Assembly: GCA_002633005.1 (NCBI GenBank)
Contig: NMRA01000056.1
Location: forward strand, 813,024-877,023
Length of the DNA: 64,000 nucleotides
Origin: Phoronis australis
Taxonomy: Eukaryota; Animalia; Phoronida
Direction: 5' to 3'
In this document: one piece after another, positions 12,601-24,800 of the stretch
Layout of the letters: every line of letters begins with the position of its first letter
Position numbering within the stretch: position 1 is the stretch's first letter
Made by a program: the position numbers and the translations under genes
Notes under the pieces: model-generated
What the model was told of the DNA's origin: nothing
The model's database searches: none
What the model saw: the letters and a program-made list of their open reading frames with translations, nothing else

Positions 12601-15600
12601 CATGATTCATTCCACAGCATTGTGCATGTTTCCTGGTACTATCTAAATACAATTCAACGAGACACCTGGCTACAGACAATTAGACAAAATGATGCCACAA
12701 AACAAGACAGCCATGCAAAGAATATAGGTCATTCAAATGACTCTGTGAATGGTCTCATGGAAACCATCAGAATCAATTGAAAACTGCATTAGGCTTATGT
12801 TGGTATACTGGGACTAGCAAGTAAACCGTAGCACAAGGACCATTATATGAAAACAGTCTTTTTACCATTGACATCTCATTACATTAAGATTTGACATAGA
12901 AAATCAAATTACTAATGTTGGAACCAAAACTCCAAGCAACCTAACAAGTTCCAAGCCTTGAAACACTAAATAACAATGAGGCTGGATTGTACAAAAGATT
13001 GTCACTGAAAAGNTTTTGTATTCACCTCATGCTTGGCTACCTAGCCCAGCCGCTACAGTACGGGGCAAAAGTATTCAGACAAAATGACCTGCAATTTCCT
13101 GTCACAACAGCTGGACGGAAGCCAAGTTCATTGTCAGAGTAGTCTCCCCTGATGACCAAAAATTCAGGGGAATTAACAAGAAAATTTCACCAGGTCACCA
13201 AGCCATTCTGTAATTAGGAATGTGTTGACATAATACTAAATACCAGTCATTTTTGCTGTAAGGTGGCTAAGCCATTCTGCAATTAGATTTTTGTCCACGT
13301 AATAGTAATTGTAATAATAAACCATTCCTGTTGTTAACGGAATTATCTACCATGACAGGGAAACAGTGCTATGTGTGATTACTTTTGTCTGGTACTGTAC
13401 ATGGCCTATTGATTACTTTTGTCTTGTACTGTATGTCTCACTTCATACCTGGTAATCAGCATACAAACTGTCAGCCACATCCTGCACACGCCCAGACTGT
13501 ACATGGCCGATGTAAATGTTGTGAACACCATTGTGTTTTGTGTAGTCTATCACCTGAGATAAAGTGGAATCTGAAACAAAAAGGAATGACGCAAATTTCA
13601 ATTCAAATCCTCCAAATCCTTTATGATCACAGAATCGAATCATGCATACGGCAATAGCGCCTGGATGTAAATAATCACACGGCTGCTTTTAATCTAAAAT
13701 CACGAACATTCATAGAAACCAATATGACATCCACAGACAAGGACATTTTTGCAAGCGTACAATAGAATCCCATTTCTGTGATCTTTTGGCTAAAACATTT
13801 CTCAGATTTTCTGACAAGGCCTTTCAGCCCAAGAACTCTACTGTCAAAAACAAGTTCCAAAACATTTCACCAAACATTGAAATTATAGTAGTTGCAACAT
13901 CCAGTCACTTAACACAACTAACAATGAATGAATCTTCCATCTTTCAAAAATCCTTAACCTCAGTCTTCCACCAGTTCTACGGTAAGTAAATAGCGCCCAG
14001 TGTTTAAACAAATCGCTATAATGTACTTGCATGTAAGGACAAGAGCCACCAATGTCGTGTTTTTCACTACTTCTAAGTAAATAGGGGTCAGTGTCTAAAC
14101 AAATCGCTACAGTGTACTTGCTTGTAGTGACAAGTGCCACCGTTGTCTTGTCTTTGTGCACGTCAGCCACTGCGATAACTGTGGCTCCAGTTCCCACCTC
14201 AACGAAGCTGCCATCATGCAAATTGCGGTCAATATACGAGTAGAAAGAGAGCTGCTGGAGCACTCCATCGTTATCGAAATCTAAAATAACGTAGTAGTAG
14301 TATTAGTCGCAGTAGCAGTACATTTTCCTTTGACTCAAATTACACAAAAAACGAACCCAAATGATGTGAGGTCCTGTAAAGGCCATTTACATGCCATCTA
14401 CTCCTTTTGAGAGGCAAACCAAATGAAAACAAAAAATACGATAGAGGCAATATAAAGTATGAGATTAATAAAGTGACAAGCAAGTTGTTCTTAAATAAGT
14501 GTATTTGGCAAAGAGATCTGAAACAAACCACTGGCCAGTGCTCAGTTGGTATGTTGACATAGTTTTAGAGAATAACACTACACAAGGTGGGTTATAAGTG
14601 ACCACCAAGTCACCCTTTAAAAGATTGGCTAGTGTATGATTTGTCGAAACAGCATTACTTTGCAGATTTTACTATTTAAGGGCCAGCACACAAACAGAAC
14701 AGCAAATAGCTCAAGTATGCAGTAAACTGAATGAGCATTTTGCCCTCTTTTACCTGGCCAGTGTCACTCCTCACAGCAGGCAGGTAAGTTGAGGTAAGCG
14801 GTCAGAAGATTATTGTTGATAGCCAATGAAAACTATTTCATCACTCCACACATGTCCTTCTGGCTCGCTCATTGTAACCAAGAGTATAAAATTTCCGCTG
14901 ATGACAATGAATGTAACTGAGCATTTTGCCTTCCTGTGCAGGTAACAATGACCTGAGGTTCATCTGAGTTGAGTCAGAAAACTGAACGTGCAGCTTTCTG
15001 TCAGTGAAGGCCCTTAATAAAATACCTAATGCAACACAAATTAATTAGACCAATCCCCTATTCCTTACTTAAACAGTCCAACAAATCCATGGCATACAAA
15101 TAAAGTTATTTCACAGCTCACTTACCTGGCTTCTTTAAACATGTAATTGCATGCTCCTAACAATGCTAAAAGTATAGCAGGAACTAAACCACAAAGCTAT
15201 TTTAGCATAATCTATGCTAAACAACGTGCAGTTGTATTCCTTGACAATTTGTAAATATGAAAACAAAAAATTCTGTAAATAGCCGACCTGTGCACCAATG
15301 ACGAACCTCGCAGGTTCACACACTCCACATCATGCAGTGTTATTCCCCAGCACCACGTCAGGATACTTACTGGACATGAGTCATTCATTTGTGGAGGATC
15401 ATTTTCGCCACAAAATTCGTTCTTAAAAACACTTGGCAATTTTTAACTTGCTTCATATTCTCATCTTCACTATATGTTGTGTTCCCAAACAATTTGGCCA
15501 AGCAGTCACATGGATAAGGAATTAGCCTGCAAGTTCCACTTTAAACAGAATTTACTCGATAACAAGAGCAACACAAAGCACTGAAAGGCACACACAACTG

Positions 15601-18600
15601 CACTGCAAGTGGTGTGCTTTTAGAAATGTTTATTAGAATCAGGCAATAATGTAAAATAAAAAGGATACTAGGGGCTTAGCGTAAGATAAATCCATCTGAA
15701 ACAAGGCACAATTACTGGCGTCTCCCTGTAAGAAACTAATTAGTTGAAATTCTATGAATATCCAACAAGGAATTTGGTAAACATGGAGTCTAAAGCCATG
15801 GTTCTGGCCAATGCATGTTTTCCAAAAAACAAAAAATGGAATGGGCCAGGTATGATGACAATTATGAGAACCGAATAAGGATTGACGTGGATGGTATCCA
15901 TTAGTTCTTTGAAATTACTTGAACAGTAATCAAGTCCAGACATCTGGCTTCTACTGTTTTACCCACATCCAGAAGTTCCGCCATTTTAAAAGCTTTTCCG
16001 TGCTCAAACAGTAATTTTTTCTTCAAATACAGGTACTTGGTACCCATGGAAATTGGAAAAATCCGACTGATAATGACATCTTGTATCCTAAATTTCTGGA
16101 ACCTAGATGTCAAGAACATTTGGAACCTAGTTTATGTGGGCATATATACTAACATGACGGCATACAAACCATTCTGAAAAGCTGTTCCATCTTTCAATGT
16201 GGAGGAGAGTATATCCAATGGACTACTTTCTATTAGCTGTTCTTTAAGTTTATCCTGAAATGAATACAATTCGAGCCAGTAGTCAGTTATTCGAAATTAC
16301 TCTGATGCTTAGGTGGGGCAAAAATGGTCAACTTTAAAGTACGATGAAATAAAAATGAAGCACTTGGTAAATTAAGCCAAAAAAACACCACCAGGCCTTT
16401 TTCCAGGATTTCGAAAATAGGGGGTCCAAAATGGGGTTCCCAATATTCCAGGGCGTCCATGATTCCGATGCGTAACCCCCACTCCCAGGACCATTCACCA
16501 GCAATCCCCCCAACGCAGTTTTTTACAAAAAAAATGCGTAAACCAAAGTTTTTACATCTAAGTTTACAAAACAGAGTTCTGTAGAGAGCTTCTTTACTAA
16601 AAAACTGTGTAGACCAAGACTTTTACATCTAAATTTCAGAAAACAGCCAAGTAGCTTACCAAACAAATATTAGAGATATTGGTTTAACGATGACTGCACT
16701 ATGTTTTTGGTGATTTCAAGTNTTCCAGGGCGTCCATGATTCCGATGCGTAACCCCCACTCCCAGGACCATTCACCAGCAATCCCCCCAACGCACAGTTT
16801 TTTACAAAAAAAATGCGTAAACCAAAGTTTTTACATCTAAGTTTACAAAACAGAGTTCTGTAGAGAGCTTCTTTACTAAAAAACTGTGTAGACCAAGACT
16901 TTTACATCTAAATTTCAGAAAACAGCCAAGTAGCTTACCAAACAAATATTAGAGATATTGGTTTAACGATGACTGCACTATGTTTTTGGTGATTTCAAGT
17001 CAAATTGATGTTATAAAGTTTGTCGTATCATTTTAATTAGCTTTAATATTCTGTAAAATGAGGCATCAGAGCTGCCAAGAAAAGTACACAGGGTTAAACT
17101 TTTTTGTGACTGTCGCCAAATTAAATCAAAATATTGCACACACGCACGCACACACCAATAATCTTAAATGGTACCAGTCAATGAAAAGATGCCCAATCCC
17201 CTTATCAAATGCGAAACAATGAAAATAACCTTATTCAACAACAAAAGTGAAATATCACTAACTGATCTTATCTAATAATCTCAAAATTCACCAGAAAATC
17301 ATTTAGCAGTTGTTTACAGTATGAATGAACCAAACAAAAATAGTAGTGAAATAAAATTGTCCCATGAAAAGGCCTTCCCAAGTTGAAATCGCAAACTCCA
17401 AACTGACACAAATAAATCAAAATACAGTAGTGGCGGAGAATTTTTCTGTTGAAGCTATCAGTGAACACTGTTTGGTCCATGGTCTGAATAGAAACATCAA
17501 TTGGCCTTATTAAAAAACAAAATAAACAAAGGCTCGCATGCTAAAACATGAGCCAAAACAGACTTTCAAAGAAGACATTGCATGGGGCTTCAGTTCACCA
17601 TAATTGAGAATGCAAACAGGCCACATTTTTCCACCAGCTCTAAAGATACCACCATACTTCATGAATACTAGATGTAGTGTTGTGAAACGTGACTTCTGGT
17701 TGTGACGACACGTACAGCCAGATAAAACCTCTCTAAGTTGCTTGCCAAGCGGCAACTGCCTTTTGGCCGAATGGTTTAGATGCTTGGCAATTGCTCGTGC
17801 AACCTAGCTTCAAGTCTCGGAGTCACTGAACTGTTCTACAGTTATGAACCTGTGCTCCACCTAAGAAGCCAAGCTATGATTTAGTACAGACACCTATAAA
17901 ATTCGTTTAAATTTGTTCCTCATTCAGGGGAGAATTTCTTAGGGCCTTGCACCCTCTGAGAATGGAAATCAACCCCCCCATGGCCAACACCAAACCTATT
18001 TCTAACAGGTATCCAAACTTAACATTTAGTCTTTGTTTCAAAGCCTAGCCTTCACTTGAACGAAGGACTCATGTGAATGCTTTTCAATACTGATCTCCTT
18101 AGAGCTTGTAGAGTGTGAACTAATCTGTTTTCTGTTTTGCAGTTTGAGTCTGAAAACACAGTTAATAAAGCCATTTGATAGTCTAAATCGCTAAAATGAA
18201 ACTGGTCTTGAATCAAGTTGAATGACATTAAAACTAAAATTCTTTGTTAAGTGACTGGTTGCCGAGTTCTAAGTAATTTCCTCAATAACTGACAGAAATG
18301 CTACTCAAACTACCTTATCCAGGGCACCACTTATAATTTTAGTGTCAAAATTAGTTCGCTCTTTATCCTGAAGAAGGGCGTGATGAAGGTAAAATTGTTT
18401 CACTGTCAGCGACTGCGAAGACATGTCATCTGCCACAGCACCAAAATTGTCATATGTTTCATGATATCTTTCTTCAGACCCAAATTCACTAAGTCTGTAA
18501 CTCGCTTTGTCATTGTTCTCTTTTTCCAAACCTTCTGTATCAAGTAGAGCCTTATTCAGGCTCACACAAATTGTCAGAATTATTAGAAATATCTTTAATC

Positions 18601-18634
18601 TGACACATTTCCGCGAACTTATGAAAGCAGCCAT
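650..18634 (-). CDS. Uncharacterised multi-exon signal-peptide/signal-anchor protein (>1070 aa, 3' end probably outside the window) with a methyltransferase-like region and a pentapeptide-repeat low-complexity exon
   Basis: Phase-compatible exons: 18634-18314, 16254-16170, 14280-14122 (GC donor), 13570-13449, 12532-12386, 11970-11770, 10553-10430, 9115-8994, 5091-4960, 3451-1718, 719-650. They join into one open frame: MAAFISSRKCVRLKIFLIILTICVSLNKAL...GALDK/DKLKEQ...FQN/DFDNDG...LVTT/NSTLSQ...DYQ/VLFGT...QKQ/RLFFV...SPQ/CVLQH...VPF/GLVELT...SLTM/SGVMD...SNHF/QHAKT...GFRR/RLLMFHG. The N-terminus is a basic segment followed by a hydrophobic stretch. Confidence 0.8.
2093..2428 (-). repeat. Coding 15-nt minisatellite encoding about 23 A[D/V/T]NN[M/V] units with interspersed 4-aa units
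   Basis: Plus-strand unit gccatattgttgtca and variants, inside the 1734-nt exon 3451-1718; degenerate units continue to about 2021. Confidence 0.95.
3984..4047 (-). repeat. tRNA-derived fragment (SINE head or tRNA pseudogene)
   Basis: Minus strand reads CAGTGGTAAGAGCAC...GGTTCGATTCCC (A-box- and B-box-like); 5' acceptor arm missing, anticodon stem imperfect. Confidence 0.5.
9183..9360. mobile_element. MITE with ATTGACCTATCGC terminal inverted repeats; sister copy at ~36572-36757
   Basis: attgacctatcgc ... gcgataggtcaat; the interior matches the 36572-36757 copy in reverse orientation. Confidence 0.75.
9643..10068. mobile_element. MITE with ~50-bp terminal inverted repeats
   Basis: gttgcatgaaacagtcccaaatagggactca at the left; tgagtccctatttgggactgtttcatgcaac at the right. 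Confidence 0.75.
12191..12290. mobile_element. ~100-bp hairpin MITE; further copies at 35563-35660 and 53110-53203, related fragments at 37330-37540
   Basis: gtctgatataacgtgcc...ggcacgttatatcagac with internal ttttgagaacc/ggttctcaaaa arms, found three times. Confidence 0.85.
13054..13190 (+). mobile_element. Tc1/mariner-like terminal fragment; related copies at ~31038-31200, ~36066-36200 and reversed at ~26680-26800
   Basis: TA-CAGTAC...AAAAGTATTCAGACA start; gagtagtctcccctgatgac core shared with the 36066 copy. Confidence 0.55.
16446..17000. repeat. ~276-bp direct duplication on either side of N16722 (probable assembly overlap)
   Basis: 16446-16721 and 16723-17000 are near-identical (one 2-nt indel). 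Confidence 0.9.
17757..17830 (+). repeat. Degenerate tRNA-derived SINE-like head; similar fragments at 26428-26502 and 46736-46805
   Basis: TGGCCGAATGG A-box-like and GCTTCAAGTC B-box-like motifs; no intact cloverleaf. Confidence 0.35.
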
Positions 18635-18843
18635 GTTTGTTGTTCTCTGCTGACTTATGGGAAAACACGTTCATTTTTAATGAGATTTTAGGTAATTTTT
18701 CTGTTTTTTACACACAATGCATATTAATTTTATGTAATTATTGCTAATTTTTAATTTGATTTTCATCTTGGATGAGAAATGACCTTACTAAGAAATACTT
18801 GCAACTCTCCAATTGGCGAGACTCAACGTAGCACTTCTCAAAA
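18635..18843. promoter_or_regulatory. Compact bidirectional promoter shared by HM13 and the uncharacterised minus-strand gene
   Basis: Divergent ATGs 209 bp apart; palindromic CCAATTGG at ~18809; both ATGs sit in YY1-like AANATGGC contexts. Confidence 0.7.
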
Positions 18844-21800
18844 ATGGCAGACGAAGCAGCCGCAATCGTGAATGAAACTTTAGTAGAAGCCAATGCGAGT
18901 GGAAATGCATCGGCAAAAATTCCGGCAACTCCCGAAGGAATGGCACTAGCGTATGGTAGTTTGTTTTTAATGGCAATCGTGCCCATATTTATTGGGTCTT
19001 TTCGATCCGTGAAGTACCATAAGGAACTGAAGGTAAACATATGAATCTGAATGAGCCGGTTTTTTCCGGCAACATATGGACTGGTTCTTAAACCTTATTA
19101 TACATCAACGAAGTTTCAGTGTGTCGTTAAACATAAGTCAGATGTAACAGTTCCAGATTATGAGTTGTGAAGAGAACCAATTACTTCCACTGAACAGCTG
19201 AATTCTTGTAGCGTGTGTAGAACTGGAAGTAGAAGCAACTGGCGCTGGCACTGCTGCACATGTTGAGCTTATTTCGATCTGTTACTGTTAGAATATACAC
19301 CATTAGTAAAGAAGGGAGTACTGTGTATTCCTAGTACTGTGTACTCCATTACACAGTGACATAGAATGTGCCAAAAGTCTGGCGAGGTTCGCAATCTCAC
19401 CATCAAAGCACTCCTGCATGATTACTTGCAGCTTAGGCTTTGCTTATGGCTTTGATCGCATCAAATGAATTACCATGATTGAAGTACAAGCAGCAGTGTT
19501 TGATTTAACAGCCTGCAGCTTGCCAATGTGACTTCATATTGTGTTTGGCGACCTGGGATATTTACAAGAAGTTGCATTTGGCGAGTTGGTGTTAAGTTGA
19601 GCATCAAGCATTGCATTAGACAGTTATTCCATTAGATCATGTTTGGTGATTAAAATGACATGCTGTGCCAACTTGTATAGCACTGTTTTGAACAATAACA
19701 AACTGCCAGTTCTTTCATGAGCCCTGAAATGGCCATCCATCACTAAGGAATAATGTGAAATCAATTTCATTGTTGTAACTGGTCTAAATCAATTTTTTTG
19801 TGATGGAAGGCAAGCTTAAAAATGCTTTAAACATCCTATTGCAGTGCCAGTGGTCACATGGTAGAAAGTGAAACTGGGACATCTAGGATGTCGTAAAAGG
19901 GGGAATGGCAAACCACAATTTTAATGAAAATATCACAAGCCCTAAATAAATGGCGTATTTGCACCATTTTTAGTCACAATCATTATTTTTGACGAAAAAA
20001 GGAAAAAAAACTTTTTCTTGGATCCTTTTGATATTTATACAAGTTCTGTTGAAACATCTGAAAGCATCTAATTTCTTATTAATGCATTTTTGTATTTTAT
20101 GGCTGCGTTTTAGGACAGTGGTGAGAAGCCGGAGACGATGTCTGGTAAAGATGCGGCCATGTTTCCCGTAGTTGCAAGCTGCGCACTTTTCGGAATTTAT
20201 TTATTGTTTCAGGTAATGAGGTGACAGTTCTGATTATTGGCTTTGATTAACATAATGTAAGACTCCAGAAAATATCCAAATTTGGCCAACTTTGGAACAG
20301 AAGTGGCTAGTTGGATTCGTGTGAAACTTGCAGATACTATGCTTTAGTATGTGCAGGTATCAGTCCTCCGCAGATTTCATTAAACACTTGACTCATTTGG
20401 TTACAGACTCCCTTGAGTTTTTTTCTTTCAAAACTCTCTGTCAGACAGCCAATGTTCAGGAGACAAAGTATACAGCAGTTCACCTATCATTGCTATCGAT
20501 GTCAATAAAACTACCCAAAATTTTACACTGTGCATTGCACCATTTATGGTCAAGGTGAAGGGCAAAATGCTAAACCACATAAAATACACAATGCGCAACC
20601 CAATACACAATTGCATAATTTGTTTAGTTCAAATAACAATACATGGAGAGACCTCTGGTGGTGAATGCTCCTAATTAATAGCAGATTGCTAAAGTAAAAA
20701 ATCAAAGTCTACATGCTTTTGGTTTCAGAAAGTATGTAATTTTACTCACTTGAAGTCTAAATTTTTTCAATATTTGACTATAATTGTTGATAAGGTCCTA
20801 CATAACTTAAAATACAATTAAACTGTTAACTGTTAAAGGTTATGAGTCATGGTCGCCATGTTGGTATGAAGTGTACTGAATTACAGTATAGTGGAGTAGT
20901 TTAGAACAGAAATTGAAAGTCAATGTGAAAATCTTACAATTGTTCTTATTGTATCAGTGTCATTTGAAAGAATATTATATTCTTCTCTGTTCGCCAGAGG
21001 CCAGAATTGTTACATGCCTGAAACGTCTCGTACCAATTAAAGTTTATGTACGTTTAACTAATGCTTTTCACTCACAATCCACTTTTTTAGATTTTTTCAA
21101 AGGAATACATCAACCTTCTGCTGGCTGTGTACTTCTTTTTTCTTGGTGTGCTTGCGCTCAGCCACATAGCTAGGTGAGTAGATTTATCCAGGGTTGGCAG
21201 CGCTGTCTGTGGTAGTCGCTTACAGTGGTACTGCGTTTTGACAACCAGTTTCTTTCGCTGAATAACAGGCTTCAAACGGGCTTTCAAAATGCGGAAGCCC
21301 TGTGAGTCACTGATGACGTGCTGTTAATTCCATTTTGTAAGGGATTGTTTATTTCAATTTGGTCAACATGCATCGTTTGCATAGTCTTTAGTCTGTGGAC
21401 ATTGAACATACTGACATGGCTTACTATTGCATTAATTTAGATTTGATTCTATCAAATGATGTTAGTTGACTTTTTTGTTGTTTTATTGACAATTGAGAAG
21501 AGGATTTATTCATACATGACCGGTGAAGGCAAAACATGATATCCTTCCTAAAATAAAATCAGTTGCTCAGTAGTCCTTTCCATGCTTCTCATGGAAGGTT
21601 GATTAAAACCTCTCCATGTTTTGAGTTAAAAACTGGTAGCTGATTGGCCAAACGAGTGACCTACAATGGAAAGCTCATACATACCATCCTTCTATGTCTG
21701 GTTGCAGATACAATCTGTATTCGTGTAATAATTTAAAATACAATTATTGTCTTTCATTTTTGGCCAAGATGTTTTCAGGACTCAAAAATATATTGACCTC

Positions 21801-24800
21801 ACTTTTGCCTCAATGATTTTCACATTTGGGGTGTCTGAAAATGAACATTTTGACCTCGATGAATGTCAACAACGGCATGCAGTCACGTGAATGTGTTCAT
21901 TTTCTATACATGGCCAGAATCCTTAACAAGAATGTTTAGTTCATTCAGCTGTCAGTCACCCACAAAGTTGTTGCAGCAAGGAATCTGCTTGTTCAGCTGA
22001 AATTGTGGGTTAATTTGTAACTGTTTGCGTACCATTTTCTTACATAATTGAGTATACTGACTTCATTCAACCACGTTCAATGTTCATTTTTCTTATTTTC
22101 TCTAGTAAGGTTGCAAGCTTTTGCGAGATTATACCTTTCGCAAATAGGGGCCTAGACTCCTGTGTGATCTCTCCAAACTCAACGCAAACTAGCTTTAATC
22201 AAGGCGTCACAGCTGTTACGCTGTAATCCAATGATTTGTTGAATGGCCATGCAAATCTGCATTTGCTTATTATGTAATCATTATTGTTTTCAGTCCATTC
22301 GTCAGTAAGTTAATTCCACCCTCGTTTCCCAATGTCCCTTACCACCTGAAGTTGACTGAGGGCGACGGTGATAAGAAAGAAGGTAAGATAAGGTTTGCCT
22401 TTTTGGGTTTTAGGCAACTTCAGCTGCATTTTATTTATCAGTGTAAATAAGATCAGATCTTAGTAGTATAGAAATTGCGGATGTCTTTTGTGTCGCTTAG
22501 CGCAACCTGTCAGCGATTTGTTTGTTGGTTATTTAGGCCGTAAAATGTTGTATATCATGTGCGAGTACACTTTATTTTCAGGACTCTGTCTTTAAAGGGA
22601 TATTCTCAGCGAGAAAATTAGTTTTACAGAAATTAGCAGAAGTGTAGACTTAAACCCACTAGCTCTGCAGTCGCAACTGAACGCTTTGCTTTGAACAAAA
22701 TCCAATTATGTAAATAGCAGAGTATTTTAAGTGTATTTATATGGTAGGCACCAGCCTTGTTTTCACCGAATGACTGACAGACAACAGCGAGATTTGGCAA
22801 CTTGTAATAAAATCACAAAAAAGCATTGTATTTTGGTGTTATATGACGACTGGTGAAAGCCAATAACTCCAAGAAGTCAGTCTCATCCAACAATGATCCC
22901 AACAGTTTGGTAATGTCCCTTTGATAAAAGCTGTTGAACAAGTCTGCATTTTGTAACCAATCCAACTGAATATGAACTTTGTAGTTTGATCTGTAACATT
23001 CCCTGAATTAAAACGGAACTGAGCATTCAAAAGGTCTTGTCGTTTGATCCAATTTATTCCACAGTTGTTTTTGTACCTTTCAGATCTTTTGGATTACCGG
23101 TTTGACAGGAAAGATCTGGTCTGTTTAGCGCTCTGTGCCGTAATTGGCGTTTGGTACTTTTGGAAGAAGGTAGGATTGTCACATTTTTGGTTTTTAAATA
23201 ATTTTATTCTTTCATGCAGCTCGGGGTGTGTTTTGTCATTAAGTCTGATTCCCGCAGTGTGGCACCTATTAAGTTACTTTTTTCTTCCCCAGATTTGAAC
23301 CACCATATAAAAACTGAATCTACGTTCAGTTTAAAAATAAATGGTGGAATGTTATATTAATTGAACTTAACATTTCATTTAAATCTGTTTTGAATTTCGT
23401 GAAGAATTTGTAGCCAAATAGTTGTGCAGCTTATGACGGTAGTAAAGTTAATACTTATTTATTGAAACAGGCGTCAGGTAGTAGTGATTTCTGTGCTTGA
23501 AAACAACTGGCATCTCATCACTGTTTGAGACCAGGCTCAATTAGCCGGCTTGACCCTTACGATGGTTTTATGCACAGAGCATGATTTCAAGTAATAACGA
23601 GTTGTTTCAAAGAGAAAGTGGTCCAGTGATTCAGTTACTGTTACTTAGGCCTTTATTGGCGAGTGTGTGTAGATATCTAGATATCGTTGAAAATGTAGAT
23701 TTTAACTCGGTAAAGGTATAATTTGTATATTCTGAAAATTGAAAGCCTGTATAATTTGACTTTTGACTTTATGCTAATCTGTCATAAATTGGATCACGTG
23801 TGTTGTGTGTTTTTATTTAAATTCAACGAAAAATATTCATAGGAACATTGGGTCGATTTTGTTTGACATAATTGTTCAAGATACAGTTTTTTAAGTATCA
23901 TTTTGTTTAAACTAAAATCTCAGAAATCCTATTTTTGATAGCTTCTCGTGCAAAATTAGAACCTTTTAAAAACAATTCCCAACTAGCGTTATGGAAAACA
24001 GTGTATAAAGCATAGGATCTGAAAGTTTCATTTGAATCCAAACAGCTGTTTATGTGATGTTAATCACATTTGGTCATTTTTCGAGGGTCCTACATAACCT
24101 TCAGTGCTCACCTTCAACTGGAGTCTCTGTCTTTGTTTTCACGATTATGTAAATATGTTCTCAGTTAAAAGATACCAAATTTAGGGGCATGTGCCAAAGC
24201 ATGACGTGGCAGGGTAATAGTTTGTATTTTAAAAGCATTGTTTGGTAAGAGCCTTGTTGAATGTCAGCTAACGGTACTGTCATTAATGTTTGACCTGGAC
24301 TTTGCTGTGTACAAGTGTTGTTGAACACCTGACAGGTGTATTGTGTGTGTTCTAGTGCATAGAGTAAATTCTTATGATTTTTGTTTGTTACATAAAGTGA
24401 TGAAAAGGGTAAAGCTGCAATTTAATACTAACATTTTCTTTACTGCAAATGGTAATTGATCATTGCATTGTGTCTTGCAGCACTGGATTGCCAACAACCT
24501 GTTTGGCTTGGCATTCGCAGTCAATGGCATAGAGCTGTTGCACCTCAACACGGTGATCACTGGCTGTACCCTGCTTGGGGGACTGTTCATCTATGATATT
24601 TTCTGGGTGAGTTGACCACCGTAGCCGTTTTATATGGTTGTTCTCTTGCAGTGGGACTAGAATTTTTGTCCACTTCTGTCCAGTCCTGTCTTGAGCATTA
24701 TGTGCTTGGCCCACACATACAATTTTTTCCTACATGTTGTGTTTCTGTTTGTTCCTGTCGCTTTTCCTTTCCTGTGAACACCGCATTAAAACCCCTTTCA

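Noticed and set aside
15120-15132. acttacctgg resembling the U1 5' end
   Set aside because: No U1 body follows; it is the complement of a consensus splice donor, and no in-phase exon could be supported.
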